In this document: positions 37,791-47,519 of the stretch, piece after piece | Position numbering within the stretch: position 1 is the stretch's first letter | Layout: every line of letters starts with the position of its first letter | DNA from: Nitrospirota bacterium | Lineage (GTDB): Bacteria > Nitrospirota > UBA9217 | Assembly (NCBI GenBank): GCA_963737155.1 | Contig: CAVTRN010000001.1 | Location: 64,001-128,000 of the forward strand | Direction of reading: 5' to 3' | DNA length: 64,000 bases | The notes under the pieces: model-generated | What the model was told of the DNA's origin: nothing | Database searches by the model: none | The model's input: only the letters and a program-made list of their open reading frames with translations | Made by a program: the position numbers and the translations under genes

Positions 37791-39398
37791 ATGCATAATT
37801 ACCGTCTATCAGATTTATTGGACATATCGCTCATCCAGAAACTGGCGGACTCGAATTTTCTTGCAAGCGGTTTACCCCTGAGCATTATCGACGCGCATGA
37901 CACCTCCGTTCTTCTCCGAGCCGGCTGGACTGATATCTGCATGAATTTCCACCGCGCTTGCACTGCTTCCCACCAGCGATGTATTGAGAGCGATTCTTCG
38001 ATAAGTGATTTTCGTCTCACGGGCGACGCGGAGGCGAGGCGGTATAAATGTAAAAACGGCCTCTGGCACGTGGCCATCCCGATTGTTGTCGCCGGCAAAC
38101 ACTTGGCAACAATGTTTCTGGCGCAATTTATTTTCGAGGGTGAAATCCTGGATCGGGAATACTTTAGCCGGCAGGCGCTGGAATTCGGCTATGATCAGCA
38201 GGCTTATCTTGCCGCGCTCGGCAAGCTGCCCGTTTTCAGTGTCGAGAAAGTGGACTATATAGTTGCCTATGACAAAGCTCTGGTGCGTTTTATTGCGGAC
38301 CTGGCGGAGCAATCGCTGAGGATCATCGAGACAAAGAAGTCGCTTACCGAAAGTGAAGAGAAATACCGCACGCTGGTGAACAATATTCGCATTGGTGTCT
38401 TCCGGAATACGCCCGGTAAGGGGCGGCACATTTACGCCAACCCGGCCATGGCGGAAATGTTCGGTTATGATTCCCTCGAAGAGTTCATGGGGCACCGGAT
38501 AATCGACGAATACGAGAAACCCCATGAGCGGGCGCGTCTTCTTGAAGCAATCAAACGTCATGGTTTCGTTAAAGATATGGAATTGGCAATGCGCAAAAAG
38601 GATGGGACGCTTATCTTGTGTTCATGCACCGCCACCGCGCACATCGACGAACTGGGGAAAATTGAGTGGCTGGACGGCATCATCGAAGATATTACCGAGC
38701 GCAAGCGGGTCGAGATGGAATTACGGCGGTCCCGTGAGGAGTTAAGAAGCCTTTCGGCGCACATTCAGTCTGCTCGTGAAGAAGAGCGGGGGCGTATCGC
38801 TCGGGAGATCCACGATGAGCTCGGCCAAATGCTGTCAAAACTGAAGCTTGACATAGCGTGGCTCAAAAAAAGGCTGTCGAACGAACAGGGGCAGCTCGTT
38901 GAAAAGAGTGACAAGATGTCGGACCTCGTCGACAGCACCATTCGGGCCGTACAGAGAATATCGTCAGAATTAAGGCCGGGGGTGCTGGATTACCTGGGAC
39001 TCCCGGACGCGATCGAGTGGCAGGCAAAGGAATTCAAAGAGCAGACCGGGATCGGATGCACGACCTCAATCCCATCCGACCTCGTGGTAGAGGACAAAGA
39101 TATTTCCACGGCCGTGTTCAGGATATTTCAGGAAACGCTGACCAACATCATCCGTCACTCGAAGGCGAGCCGTGTTGACGTCGTCCTGAAACAGGAAGAT
39201 AATATCCTCGAACTCGACGTGCAGGATAACGGCATGGGCATTCTCAACGAAAAGGTCGTGCACCATGCCTCGTTCGGGCTCTTGGGGATGCGGGAGCGCG
39301 CACGCTTTCTTGGCGGAAAAGTCAGTATCACGGGCGTTCCAGGCAAGGGGACCGCGGTCGTGGTGAGCATACCGCTCGATGGCAAGGTGAACAGATGA
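37791..39398 (+). CDS. Cytoplasmic sensor kinase: PocR + PAS + HisKA_3/HATPase
   Basis: WTDICMNFHR..RCIESD..YKCKNGLWHVAIPI (PocR cysteines); ERGRIAREIHDELGQ; FGLLGMRERA. Confidence 0.92.
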   Translation: MHNYRLSDLLDISLIQKLADSNFLASGLPLSIIDAHDTSVLLRAGWTDICMNFHRACTASHQRCIESDSSISDFRLTGDAEARRYKCKNGLWHVAIPIVVAGKHLATMFLAQFIFEGEILDREYFSRQALEFGYDQQAYLAALGKLPVFSVEKVDYIVAYDKALVRFIADLAEQSLRIIETKKSLTESEEKYRTLVNNIRIGVFRNTPGKGRHIYANPAMAEMFGYDSLEEFMGHRIIDEYEKPHERARLLEAIKRHGFVKDMELAMRKKDGTLILCSCTATAHIDELGKIEWLDGIIEDITERKRVEMELRRSREELRSLSAHIQSAREEERGRIAREIHDELGQMLSKLKLDIAWLKKRLSNEQGQLVEKSDKMSDLVDSTIRAVQRISSELRPGVLDYLGLPDAIEWQAKEFKEQTGIGCTTSIPSDLVVEDKDISTAVFRIFQETLTNIIRHSKASRVDVVLKQEDNILELDVQDNGMGILNEKVVHHASFGLLGMRERARFLGGKVSITGVPGKGTAVVVSIPLDGKVNR

Positions 39399-40036
39399 CG
39401 CGGATACTTGTGGCAGACGATCATGCTATCTTCAGGGAGGGATTGAGGCAGATCCTCGAGGAAGTCCCCGATCTGGTTGTCGTTGATGAAGCAAGCCACG
39501 GACAGGAGGTTCTTGATAAAGTTTCCAGGAAAGACTATGACCTTCTCCTCCTCGATATAGCCATGCCCGGCCTAAGCGGGCTTGATACGTTAAAGCTCCT
39601 GAAAAGCCAGAAACCCAATCTGCGGGTTCTGATCTTGAGCATGTATCCCGAAGAGCAATATGCCATTCGCGCGATGAAGGCGGGTGCCTACGGTTATATC
39701 ACAAAAGCAAGCGCCTCGGAAGAGCTGATCCAGGCGATCCGCAAGGTTTCGAGGGGGGAGAAATACTTCAGCCCATCCGTCGCAAAAAAATTGCTTTTCG
39801 ATTTCCAGCCGGATCCCGAACAGCCGCTGCATGAACGGCTTTCCGACCGAGAGTACCAGATCATCTGCATGATCGGACGCGGAAAAACCGTGAGCGAGAT
39901 CGCCGAAACGCTGAGCTTGAGCGTCAAGACCGTGAGTACCCACAGAATGCATATCCTGGGAAAAATGCAGATGAAAACGAATGCAGAACTGACAAATTAT
40001 GCCATCAAGCACAACCTTGTGTGTATGACCGATTAG
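39395..40036 (+). CDS. NarL/LuxR-family response regulator
   Basis: ADDHAIFREG, LLDIAMPG, LSDREYQI..SVKTVSTHR. Confidence 0.95.
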   Translation: MTRILVADDHAIFREGLRQILEEVPDLVVVDEASHGQEVLDKVSRKDYDLLLLDIAMPGLSGLDTLKLLKSQKPNLRVLILSMYPEEQYAIRAMKAGAYGYITKASASEELIQAIRKVSRGEKYFSPSVAKKLLFDFQPDPEQPLHERLSDREYQIICMIGRGKTVSEIAETLSLSVKTVSTHRMHILGKMQMKTNAELTNYAIKHNLVCMTD

Positions 40037-40542
40037 CGTTACTATGATTTCACGTGATTTCTGCCGCTTGGTTCGGAGTTACGATTTTTTGGAACCGCAC
40101 AATTCATGATGAAATTGTGACGTTCTTACATAGCAGGTTTTGCATCTGTCTCGATTCTAAGCCGCATCTTATTAAATGGAACTTCCCCCCTCGCTATTTA
40201 TCTTTTAGATTGTCCCGCAATAGTTCTACGCAATACACCTGCAAGCTTGCCTTAATAACAGTCGAAAACGTGAAAATCAGATGAAAAACATTTAATGGCC
40301 TCAATTTTGGAGATAACGCTTGTCTTGGCTAAATCGAGTTAAAGAGCGGTGAAATTGCCGAAAAATGGTCATTTCCCACATGCTTTCTTAGAAATAGAAG
40401 TTCCAATTATCCATTAAATAACAATTATAATTTTATAAGAAAAATTTATCTGATCAAGATGGATGCTTAACGAGCTGTTTCTAAAGCCTATTTTATTCGT
40501 GCTTATTTTTATAACACGTATGAAACATTAAAATAAGAATAA

Positions 40543-40558
40543 TGGTGCGGTACTTGCT
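40543..40558 (+). promoter_or_regulatory. Candidate sigma54 -24/-12 promoter
   Basis: TGGTGCGGTACTTGCT = GG-N10-GC, after an AT-rich tract, upstream of the exosortase locus. Confidence 0.55.
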
Positions 40559-40649
40559 TGTATCTTTTGAATTACAATGCGAATAACGGTTTTAAATGGC
40601 TAAATTTGGTGTTTTCACTTGTTAGTAGTATAGACCATGGGGCAATGAA

Positions 40650-40846
40650 ATGTGGAACCATCGTAGGGGCTGGAAATTTTCAAAAATAGTAAAGTTGGCG
40701 GTTCTGCTGCTTTGCTCGGTATTGACATTGCCGATAACTTCCTGGGCTGCGGTGGGAGATATCGTAATGCGCAGTGACTTGCGGCAACCTTTGCCATCCT
40801 GATGATTGCAGGTGGATATTTGCTGAGAAGAAGGCAGAAAACATAG
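40650..40846 (+). pseudogene. Collapsed exosortase substrate gene (signal peptide joined out of frame to C-terminal TM/basic sorting tail)
   Basis: 40650: MWNHRRGWKFSKIVKLAVLLLCSVLTLPITSWA-AVGDIV. 40778-40846 in another frame: LAATFAILMIAGGYLLRRRQKT*. Confidence 0.7.
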
Positions 40847-40866
40847 ACAGGAAAAATAAAAATCTG

Positions 40867-41424
40867 ATGTCTAAAATTCAAACTGATTCGGACAAAAAGC
40901 AAAAGGGGCATTTGTCTAGAGATCTGAAATATCTCAAGATGCCCCTTTTGTTCTGTTTTACGGTTCTTTTCTTAAACCTGCTATCCTATGTCTCTTATCA
41001 GCAAGGATACCACTCATTTCTTCAGATGCTCACTGCACAAGCGGCAACGGGAGTCATCAATCTTTTCGGCATAGCAGCCACGCGGGAAAACACGTTCATT
41101 CATCTTACGAACGCCGTGTGGGTAGTAAACAGCTCATGTACGGCTATCACTGTCATGATAATATTTGCTGCCTTCATAGCGGTCTATAAGGCATCTTTCA
41201 AGGCTAAGGGCATAGGACTTCTTTTGGGGCTTCCTGTCATTTTCACGGCCAATATAGCGAGACTGCTTCTTATGGCTGTTATCGATAAGTACAAGCCCGC
41301 GTATTCCGCGTATTTTCACGATTATCTATGGCAGGTGGCATTCATCATTATGATAGTTTTCATGTGGATAGTATGGACAGAGATGGTGATGAAGCATGAA
41401 GTTAAAGCTGATATTCCTGGTTAA
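40867..41424 (+). CDS. Exosortase/archaeosortase-family protein (XrtH-like)
   Basis: Multi-TM with Cys (VNSSCTA), Arg (ANIARL) and His (FHDYLWQ) triad. Confidence 0.82.
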   Translation: MSKIQTDSDKKQKGHLSRDLKYLKMPLLFCFTVLFLNLLSYVSYQQGYHSFLQMLTAQAATGVINLFGIAATRENTFIHLTNAVWVVNSSCTAITVMIIFAAFIAVYKASFKAKGIGLLLGLPVIFTANIARLLLMAVIDKYKPAYSAYFHDYLWQVAFIIMIVFMWIVWTEMVMKHEVKADIPG

Positions 41425-41830
41425 AGTTCTCCTCTGCTCCATAGGACTCTATGCCATTTGGAGCCCAATTTCACAAGGATATGAGTTCATACTGAAAGAA
41501 CTCATGACGCTTTTCACGACACCCCGGGATTTATTAAATAATATCCTTGCCTACCTATCCATAACATCACGCTGGATGATTCCTTTTTTCTCGCTTATGA
41601 TTGCGACTCCCAATATCCCGATCATGAAAAGAGCAGAGGTCACTGGTATCGGCATAGCAGTTTTTTTTATAATTGACTGCATCTTTATTTTATACGTTGT
41701 CAATTTACGAAATAGAATCAATATAGATCTGCAAACCGTGGATTGTCTGCATCAATGCCTAAAGCTACTGGCGTCCTTGATGCTCTGGATAATTGCAAAC
41801 CCTACCTTTTTAATATCGCAGGTGGAATAA
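41396..41830 (+). CDS. Exosortase-associated membrane protein
   Basis: Overlaps exosortase; about 4 TM; IPFFSLMIATP motif. Confidence 0.6.
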   Translation: MKLKLIFLVKVLLCSIGLYAIWSPISQGYEFILKELMTLFTTPRDLLNNILAYLSITSRWMIPFFSLMIATPNIPIMKRAEVTGIGIAVFFIIDCIFILYVVNLRNRINIDLQTVDCLHQCLKLLASLMLWIIANPTFLISQVE

Positions 41831-42286
41831 AGTCCTGGACATAATATCGGTTTCGAGTTAGCTAATCGTTTCGATTAACGAATCCTCATGTTGATGTCTT
41901 GCATGCAAGTTTGAACAGGACGTTGATAATCGCTTCACTTAATCGAAATCACCGCTGGGAGGCGGAGGCGAGTTTTCGTACAATATTAGTAGAGTTGCAC
42001 AATTGACATTGAAGTATACAACACCCCGCATCCTGTATTTGATGAATTTGCCAATTTTTGCACTGCTTAAAGCTCGAACCTGTCCTATATGGATTGAGCA
42101 TGAGGTATTCTGCATGATCTCTAGCCATTTTTCCCCCATACGAAGGATAGACAGGTGTTTGTTCAACGGGCCGTATGTTCCAAAGCCACGATAGCGGGGA
42201 AAAATCGATGTCCAGCTTATACAAATAAAAAATACCTTTTTTAAGAAATAAGAATGAGTCATGCGAGATGAAAATCACATTTATGC

Positions 42287-42883
42287 TTACTTTGACATAA
42301 TTGAAGTAAGGATTTGTCGTGCTTTATAATCGTCCGGCTTAATTTTTAGCCCTAATTCAAATTCTACTCGCGCCCTGTCTTGGGAGCCATTGTTCAGGTA
42401 GATGAGTCCAAGATTATAATGGGCCTCTGCGTTATTCGGATTCTGCACTAATGCGTTTTGGTATTGTTCTATGGCCATATCGAATATCCCTTTAGATGCA
42501 TATGCATTCCCGAGATTATAATGAGCCGCCGCGTAATTTGTCTTCAATATTAATGCGGTTCTGTATTGTTCTATTGCCATGTCGAATAGGTCTTCAGATA
42601 AGTATACATTGCCAAGATTATTATGCGCGAGAGGACTTGATGGGCTCTTATCAGCGACGTAATCCCAGAATACGGTGCTATCCTTCCATATGCCAATTTG
42701 CTTTATCGTGGCATATGACCGGGATGCAAGCATGATCAAGGCGACAAAAAGACTTGCCATGTGTGAAATCGCTCTCCACCGTTTTAATAATTTCGCCTTT
42801 TCGTAAAGTTTTGCTGCGCCTAACCCAATAATAAAAAATAATCCAAGACTAGGTAAATAAGTATGCCTGTCTGCCATTGATTG
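42287..42883 (-). pseudogene. C-terminal remnant of TMTC-like membrane/TPR protein
   Basis: Begins abruptly at QSMADRHTYLPS (normally an internal motif) after an in-frame TAA; followed by W.DS..FW and three to four TPRs. Confidence 0.75.
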
Positions 42884-43312
42884 TTACGAACGACCAATCA
42901 TCGGGTCGGAACTATATTGCACCTGCGCGTCGCCAACCACAGTGCGTAAGTTTCACCTGATATACCACGGATTATTGCGAAGGCCGCGATTCCAAACTAG
43001 GAGGCGGTATCGATATGGACATATTTTCTGAAGAGGTGTAGAATTGCAGTTGAAGCATGTGGAGTGGACTCCTCCCGAAGTTGCGACTCTTGTTTGACAA
43101 GAGGCCCATGTATGCTTCAAGGGATGGTACGGGTGCAATTTGAAGTTTTTTTCGCCCTCGGCAGTTAAGAAAAGCTGGCGTCCCAACGCGAGACGCGACT
43201 CATAAGACGTGGTTTTCACTTCAGTGATCCGATAAAAACGGTTGAATCTTACGCGGGAGAGACCCGCTGCGCTATGAGATCCATTTGTGCATTCTGCATG
43301 CGGAGGTAACGA

Positions 43313-44146
43313 GTGGCACAAGTCGAACTAATTAATTTTCAGAAACCTTGGTTTCTGTTCCGAGTGATGGTTAGTCTGTCACTCGGGTATATGGCCTTCG
43401 CATTCTTCCGAAAATGGCTCGGCTGGTCCCGCGGACTGCGCGAGTCTACGGCGGCTCCGCGCGATTATAGAATGTCTTCATCGATCTGGCTTACCGAAGT
43501 CCTCTTCCAACGTCAATTGTTTACGCTTTCTTTCCCCCGCTGGTTCATCCACCTGCTGATATTTTATGGTTTCATCGGTCTGGCCCTTCTCTCGGTTGCG
43601 TCCTTTATCCTGAGGGTTGCAGGCTACTTTGCAATGAGCAGTACACTCCCGAGCTTCTACCTTCACCCTGAAGGATATTTCTTCATGAAGATATGGGGCG
43701 ACAGTTTCGGCCTGCTCCTGCTCCTCGGGCTTGTAATGGCCGGCATACGCCGTCTTGCACAGTTAAGGGTACGGCAAACCAGCAATCAAATGGACGTCAT
43801 ACTCCTGGGTTTGCTCCTGTCAGTGACCCTGTCGGGGTTTATCCTTGAGGGGTTGCGCCTGACGCTTATGCCTGCTGAAATTGCCCGCTATTCTTATGTC
43901 GGTCGTTTTTTTTCGCCTCCGGGAACGTATGTGTTGGAGCAACTCCAGCCGTGGCTCACGGCCTGCTGGACGTTTCACACTATGCTGGTTTTTACACTCT
44001 TCGTCTACCTGCCGCACAGCAAACTGATGCACAGCCTGCTTGCCCCCGTCATTATCGTCATGAACGCAGCCGAGGAACATAAAAGAGAGGACCTCTATTG
44101 GCCCGAGATGAAAAAATACAGGGAAACAAGATCGCCGCGGGTCTAA
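43313..44146 (+). CDS. NarI/HdrE-like di-heme b membrane subunit
   Basis: RWFIHLLIFYGF, SGFILEGLR, FHTML..LPHSKLMH; RBS GGAGG. Confidence 0.82.
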   Translation: MAQVELINFQKPWFLFRVMVSLSLGYMAFAFFRKWLGWSRGLRESTAAPRDYRMSSSIWLTEVLFQRQLFTLSFPRWFIHLLIFYGFIGLALLSVASFILRVAGYFAMSSTLPSFYLHPEGYFFMKIWGDSFGLLLLLGLVMAGIRRLAQLRVRQTSNQMDVILLGLLLSVTLSGFILEGLRLTLMPAEIARYSYVGRFFSPPGTYVLEQLQPWLTACWTFHTMLVFTLFVYLPHSKLMHSLLAPVIIVMNAAEEHKREDLYWPEMKKYRETRSPRV

Positions 44147-45357
44147 CCCGCCGGCAGCTTATTGAGTTGAATGCATGCACCCGGTGTGGTGAGTGCAAAG
44201 TGTGGTGTCCCGTGTATGCCCAGGACAAGCGCGAGGAGATCACTGCACGCGGCAAGCTCGATTCTTTGCGCCGTTTTGTCGATGGCTTGTTGCCTGAAAC
44301 CAAGCGCGATGTTTTCATCGAAGCTCTTTATGAATGCTCGGCTTGCGGACAATGTCATGTTGTCTGCCCCGTGAGAATTAATACGCACGAGCTGTGGGAG
44401 CAGGCGAGACTGTCACTCGTGAGCGCAGGCATTCCCCAGCCGGAAGGCCAGGTCAAACAGCTGGCCGCGATCAAGGAGTTCAACAATCCTTTCGGCAAAA
44501 GCCAGAACGAGCGTTCCCTCTGGGCCACGGCTGCCTGGAAAGCCGGTTTGCTGAAATCGCCCGTGCCGGTTTGGAGAGAGCAACCCGTTCCGGTGGTCTA
44601 TTTCGCGGGATGCATGGCAAGCTACGATCCGGCATTGCAGCCCGTCGCTGTGCAATCGGCACGTCTGTTGCAGGAAGCAGGAGTAGATTTCGCGATCCTG
44701 GGTGAGGATGAACCGTGCTGTATGAGCAAACTGAGGAGAATGGGCGACAGTGCATTCCCCGAGGAAGCGCGAAAAAGGGCCGATCAATTCACCCGTATGG
44801 GAATAGACACGATCATTGTCTCCTGCGCCGGTTGCTATAAGGGGTTGCATTCAGACTATGCGGGGTTATGGCGAGGTGCACCGAAGGTCGTGCATCTCAG
44901 CCAGTACCTGGACCAATTAATCACAGCGGGACGCCTTACGTTCAAGTGGAAAACACCCCTTCTCACCACCTATCATGATCCCTGCCATTTAGGCCGGCAC
45001 AATCAGGTCTATGATCAACCCCGCCGGGTACTGAGGTCCGTTCCCGGAGTTGAGCTGGTGGAGATGCCGCGCCACCGGGCCTTTTCGTCTTGCTGCGGGA
45101 TGGGAGGCGGACTGAAAACGGTCAATCCCGAGATCCAGCATAAGATGGCCGCAGCGCGTGTCCGCGAAGCGGAATCAACCGGAGCCAGTGCGATCGTGAC
45201 ACCCTGCCAGACGTGCTATCTGGGGCTGCTTATTGGAGAAAAGGAAGCAGGCTCCGGCATGAAAATTTTACACCTGAACGAGTTGCTGGCGCGATCCATT
45301 TGTCCGGACGTTACTCATGAATCAGTGAAAACCGCACTCGCACGCACAATACCCTGA
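44098..45357 (+). CDS. HdrD/GlpC-like Fe-S oxidoreductase (2x 4Fe-4S + CCG domains)
   Basis: CTRCGECKVWCP, CSACGQCHVVCP, YHDPCHLGRH, CCGMGGG. Confidence 0.88.
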   Translation: MARDEKIQGNKIAAGLTRRQLIELNACTRCGECKVWCPVYAQDKREEITARGKLDSLRRFVDGLLPETKRDVFIEALYECSACGQCHVVCPVRINTHELWEQARLSLVSAGIPQPEGQVKQLAAIKEFNNPFGKSQNERSLWATAAWKAGLLKSPVPVWREQPVPVVYFAGCMASYDPALQPVAVQSARLLQEAGVDFAILGEDEPCCMSKLRRMGDSAFPEEARKRADQFTRMGIDTIIVSCAGCYKGLHSDYAGLWRGAPKVVHLSQYLDQLITAGRLTFKWKTPLLTTYHDPCHLGRHNQVYDQPRRVLRSVPGVELVEMPRHRAFSSCCGMGGGLKTVNPEIQHKMAAARVREAESTGASAIVTPCQTCYLGLLIGEKEAGSGMKILHLNELLARSICPDVTHESVKTALARTIP

Positions 45358-45644
45358 CACGATTGAGTGACTGGGCTCGGACTTGCCGTAAAGAGAGAAA
45401 TTACAGGAGCGATTGACGCGACGGCTCATCCTGAGTATTGTGTGCAAGATTCAACGTGTATTTTGCATCCCTTTTTATTCAGCGGCATTGCAAACTTGCG
45501 GGTAGAGCCCGGAGAACCAGGACCGCAAATAAAATAAAAATTCCATTTGCAGTTTTCAGTCAACTGCTCTTCCTGTGCTAAACGACAATCTACGCGGAGA
45601 CGTATCATATCGATCCAGTCAGACATCCTCAGGAGGCGTATTTT

Positions 45645-46658
45645 ATGGCGATAATGAAAGCGGTACAGGTGAGTTCAGCAGGAGGCAAGTTTGAACTAGT
45701 ACGCAAAGAGGTACCCGAACCACAGGAAAACGAAGTCCTCATTAAAGTTGCGGCCTGCGGCATCTGTCACGGGGATTCTGTAACAAAGGAAGGACACTTC
45801 CCCGGGATAGTCTATCCGAGGATCCCGGGACATGAAGTAATCGGCACAATCGAAAAAACGGGCCCGGGAGTCCTGCACTGGAAATCGGGTCAGAGGGCCG
45901 GTGTAGGATGGCGAGCAGGACATTGTAATCAGTGCGCCTCCTGCAAATTAGGTGATTACCGGTCGTGCGAAAATTCTCCGGTCACCGGAATTTCACGGGA
46001 TGGAGGGTACGCGGAATATATGACCTCCCGCGCTGAGGCGTTGGTCAGTATTCCGGAAGAGCTCGATTCGATCAAGGCAGCACCCCTTCTCTGCGCAGGC
46101 AGGACCACCTTCGGCGCATTTAAAGACAGCATTGCGCAGGGTGGCGACCTGGTGGCTGTCCATGGCCTCGGAGGACTGGGACACCTCGCGGTACAATACG
46201 CAGCCAGGCTCGGCTTGAAAACCGCGGTTTTGTCCCGTGGAAAAGACAAGGAAAAGCTTGCATACGATCTTGGGGCCTACGCTTATTTTGATACCACGTC
46301 TACCGATGCTGCAAAGGAACTTGCCAAAATGGGTGGAGCGAAAGTCATCCTCTGTACCGCCCCGAGCAGCAAGGCCATCTCTGATCTGGTGAGCGGTCTC
46401 AGCAGAAACGGTCAACTCATCATTGTTACATTTGCGCCGGAGCCCATGCAGATCTCCCCGGCCCTTCTCCTCCGGGGCGGCCGCTCCATCCGCGGCTACG
46501 TGGGCGGAGACATTGCAGAAGCAGTGCGGTTCAGCTTCCTCTGGAAGATCGTGCCTATGGTCGAAACATTTCCTCTTGAGCAGGCGGAGGCGGCTTATGA
46601 TAAAATGATCTCGTCGAAAGTGCACTTTCGCGCGGTTCTGACAATGGGCAACTCATAA
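45645..46658 (+). CDS. Zn-dependent alcohol dehydrogenase (AdhP-like)
   Basis: CGICHGD, PGHE, structural C-x2-C-x2-C-x7-C, GLGGLG. Confidence 0.93.
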   Translation: MAIMKAVQVSSAGGKFELVRKEVPEPQENEVLIKVAACGICHGDSVTKEGHFPGIVYPRIPGHEVIGTIEKTGPGVLHWKSGQRAGVGWRAGHCNQCASCKLGDYRSCENSPVTGISRDGGYAEYMTSRAEALVSIPEELDSIKAAPLLCAGRTTFGAFKDSIAQGGDLVAVHGLGGLGHLAVQYAARLGLKTAVLSRGKDKEKLAYDLGAYAYFDTTSTDAAKELAKMGGAKVILCTAPSSKAISDLVSGLSRNGQLIIVTFAPEPMQISPALLLRGGRSIRGYVGGDIAEAVRFSFLWKIVPMVETFPLEQAEAAYDKMISSKVHFRAVLTMGNS

Positions 46659-46781
46659 CCGAAGGGAGGAAGCAGCATGCAGAACCTCTTGCACCTACTC
46701 CCTCCATAAAATTGTTTCATTGCCTGATTTAATGTCTTTGGAACAGGAAAGTCATGCCGAGTATCAAGGTGATCTGAATAA

Positions 46782-46894
46782 TGCAGATTCCGGAGGACAG
46801 CTACCAGACGTTCCGATTGAATCTTTCCACCTGATCCCATCCATTCCTTCCACCCCATCCGGTAAATCTACCAGTCATTCCGGCCATCCTTCCA
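46782..46894 (+). repeat. Left end: about five tandem ATTCCG-N-(T/A)CCA motifs
   Basis: e.g. ATTCCGGAGGACAGCTACCA, TTCCGATTGAATCTTTCCA, ATCCGGTAAATCTACCA, ATTCCGGCCATCCTTCCA. Confidence 0.8.
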
Positions 46895-47519
46895 GAGAGA
46901 ATAGCTTCTGTAGGTGATCACGTAATGTTGTTTGTATTGCGCATTTAATCATATAGCTTCAGTTAACAGATTCTTTTTGTAGCTCACGACAGTTGCATCT
47001 TTTAGAAATTACACCATACTTCCTGGAGCAAACAGCGGTTGCTATATTTGGAAATTATAATCTTCATTTGCAATTCTGGAATTTCAAGAAATGGAAACGA
47101 TTATCGACTTCTTTCTGTAGTTGTTGAAGTTGCATTTCTTTGAAACATATCATTTTACATTCTGAATTCGTTGCCGACTCCCCACTAGAACATATCACTT
47201 TCCATGTCGAAATTGCCCATAAAAAAGGGTGGAATATACGAGTAAATATTTCTCATTTCTCAAAATAAGGTTGTCCGATAATTAACACCAGACAAATAAA
47301 TTTGACTGAAACGATGTGTAGTTTGTGAAAATTCCATTGACTGTATATAGCCCTTTTGCCATAATCTGCCCATATTTGTTCGTTCCTCAAATAATATTTA
47401 TACCTGACTATACCTGACGACATGGTTTGCACAAAAGCTCGATCAGAAAAGCAAGCGGCTGGCTCTAAAATCGCATAAGGGCATCTGTATAATCAAAGTA
47501 GTACGGAGGTAACATACAA

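Noticed and set aside
41939-42278. Overlapping ~108-aa minus-strand ORFs
   Set aside because: No motif, RBS or coding signature recognised; cannot support a call.
46782-46894. Short periodic repeats here and at 60297-60460 as a CRISPR array
   Set aside because: Units are degenerate, nearly abutting and lack unique 30-40-bp spacers; their inverted arrangement with a TSD fits transposon ends.
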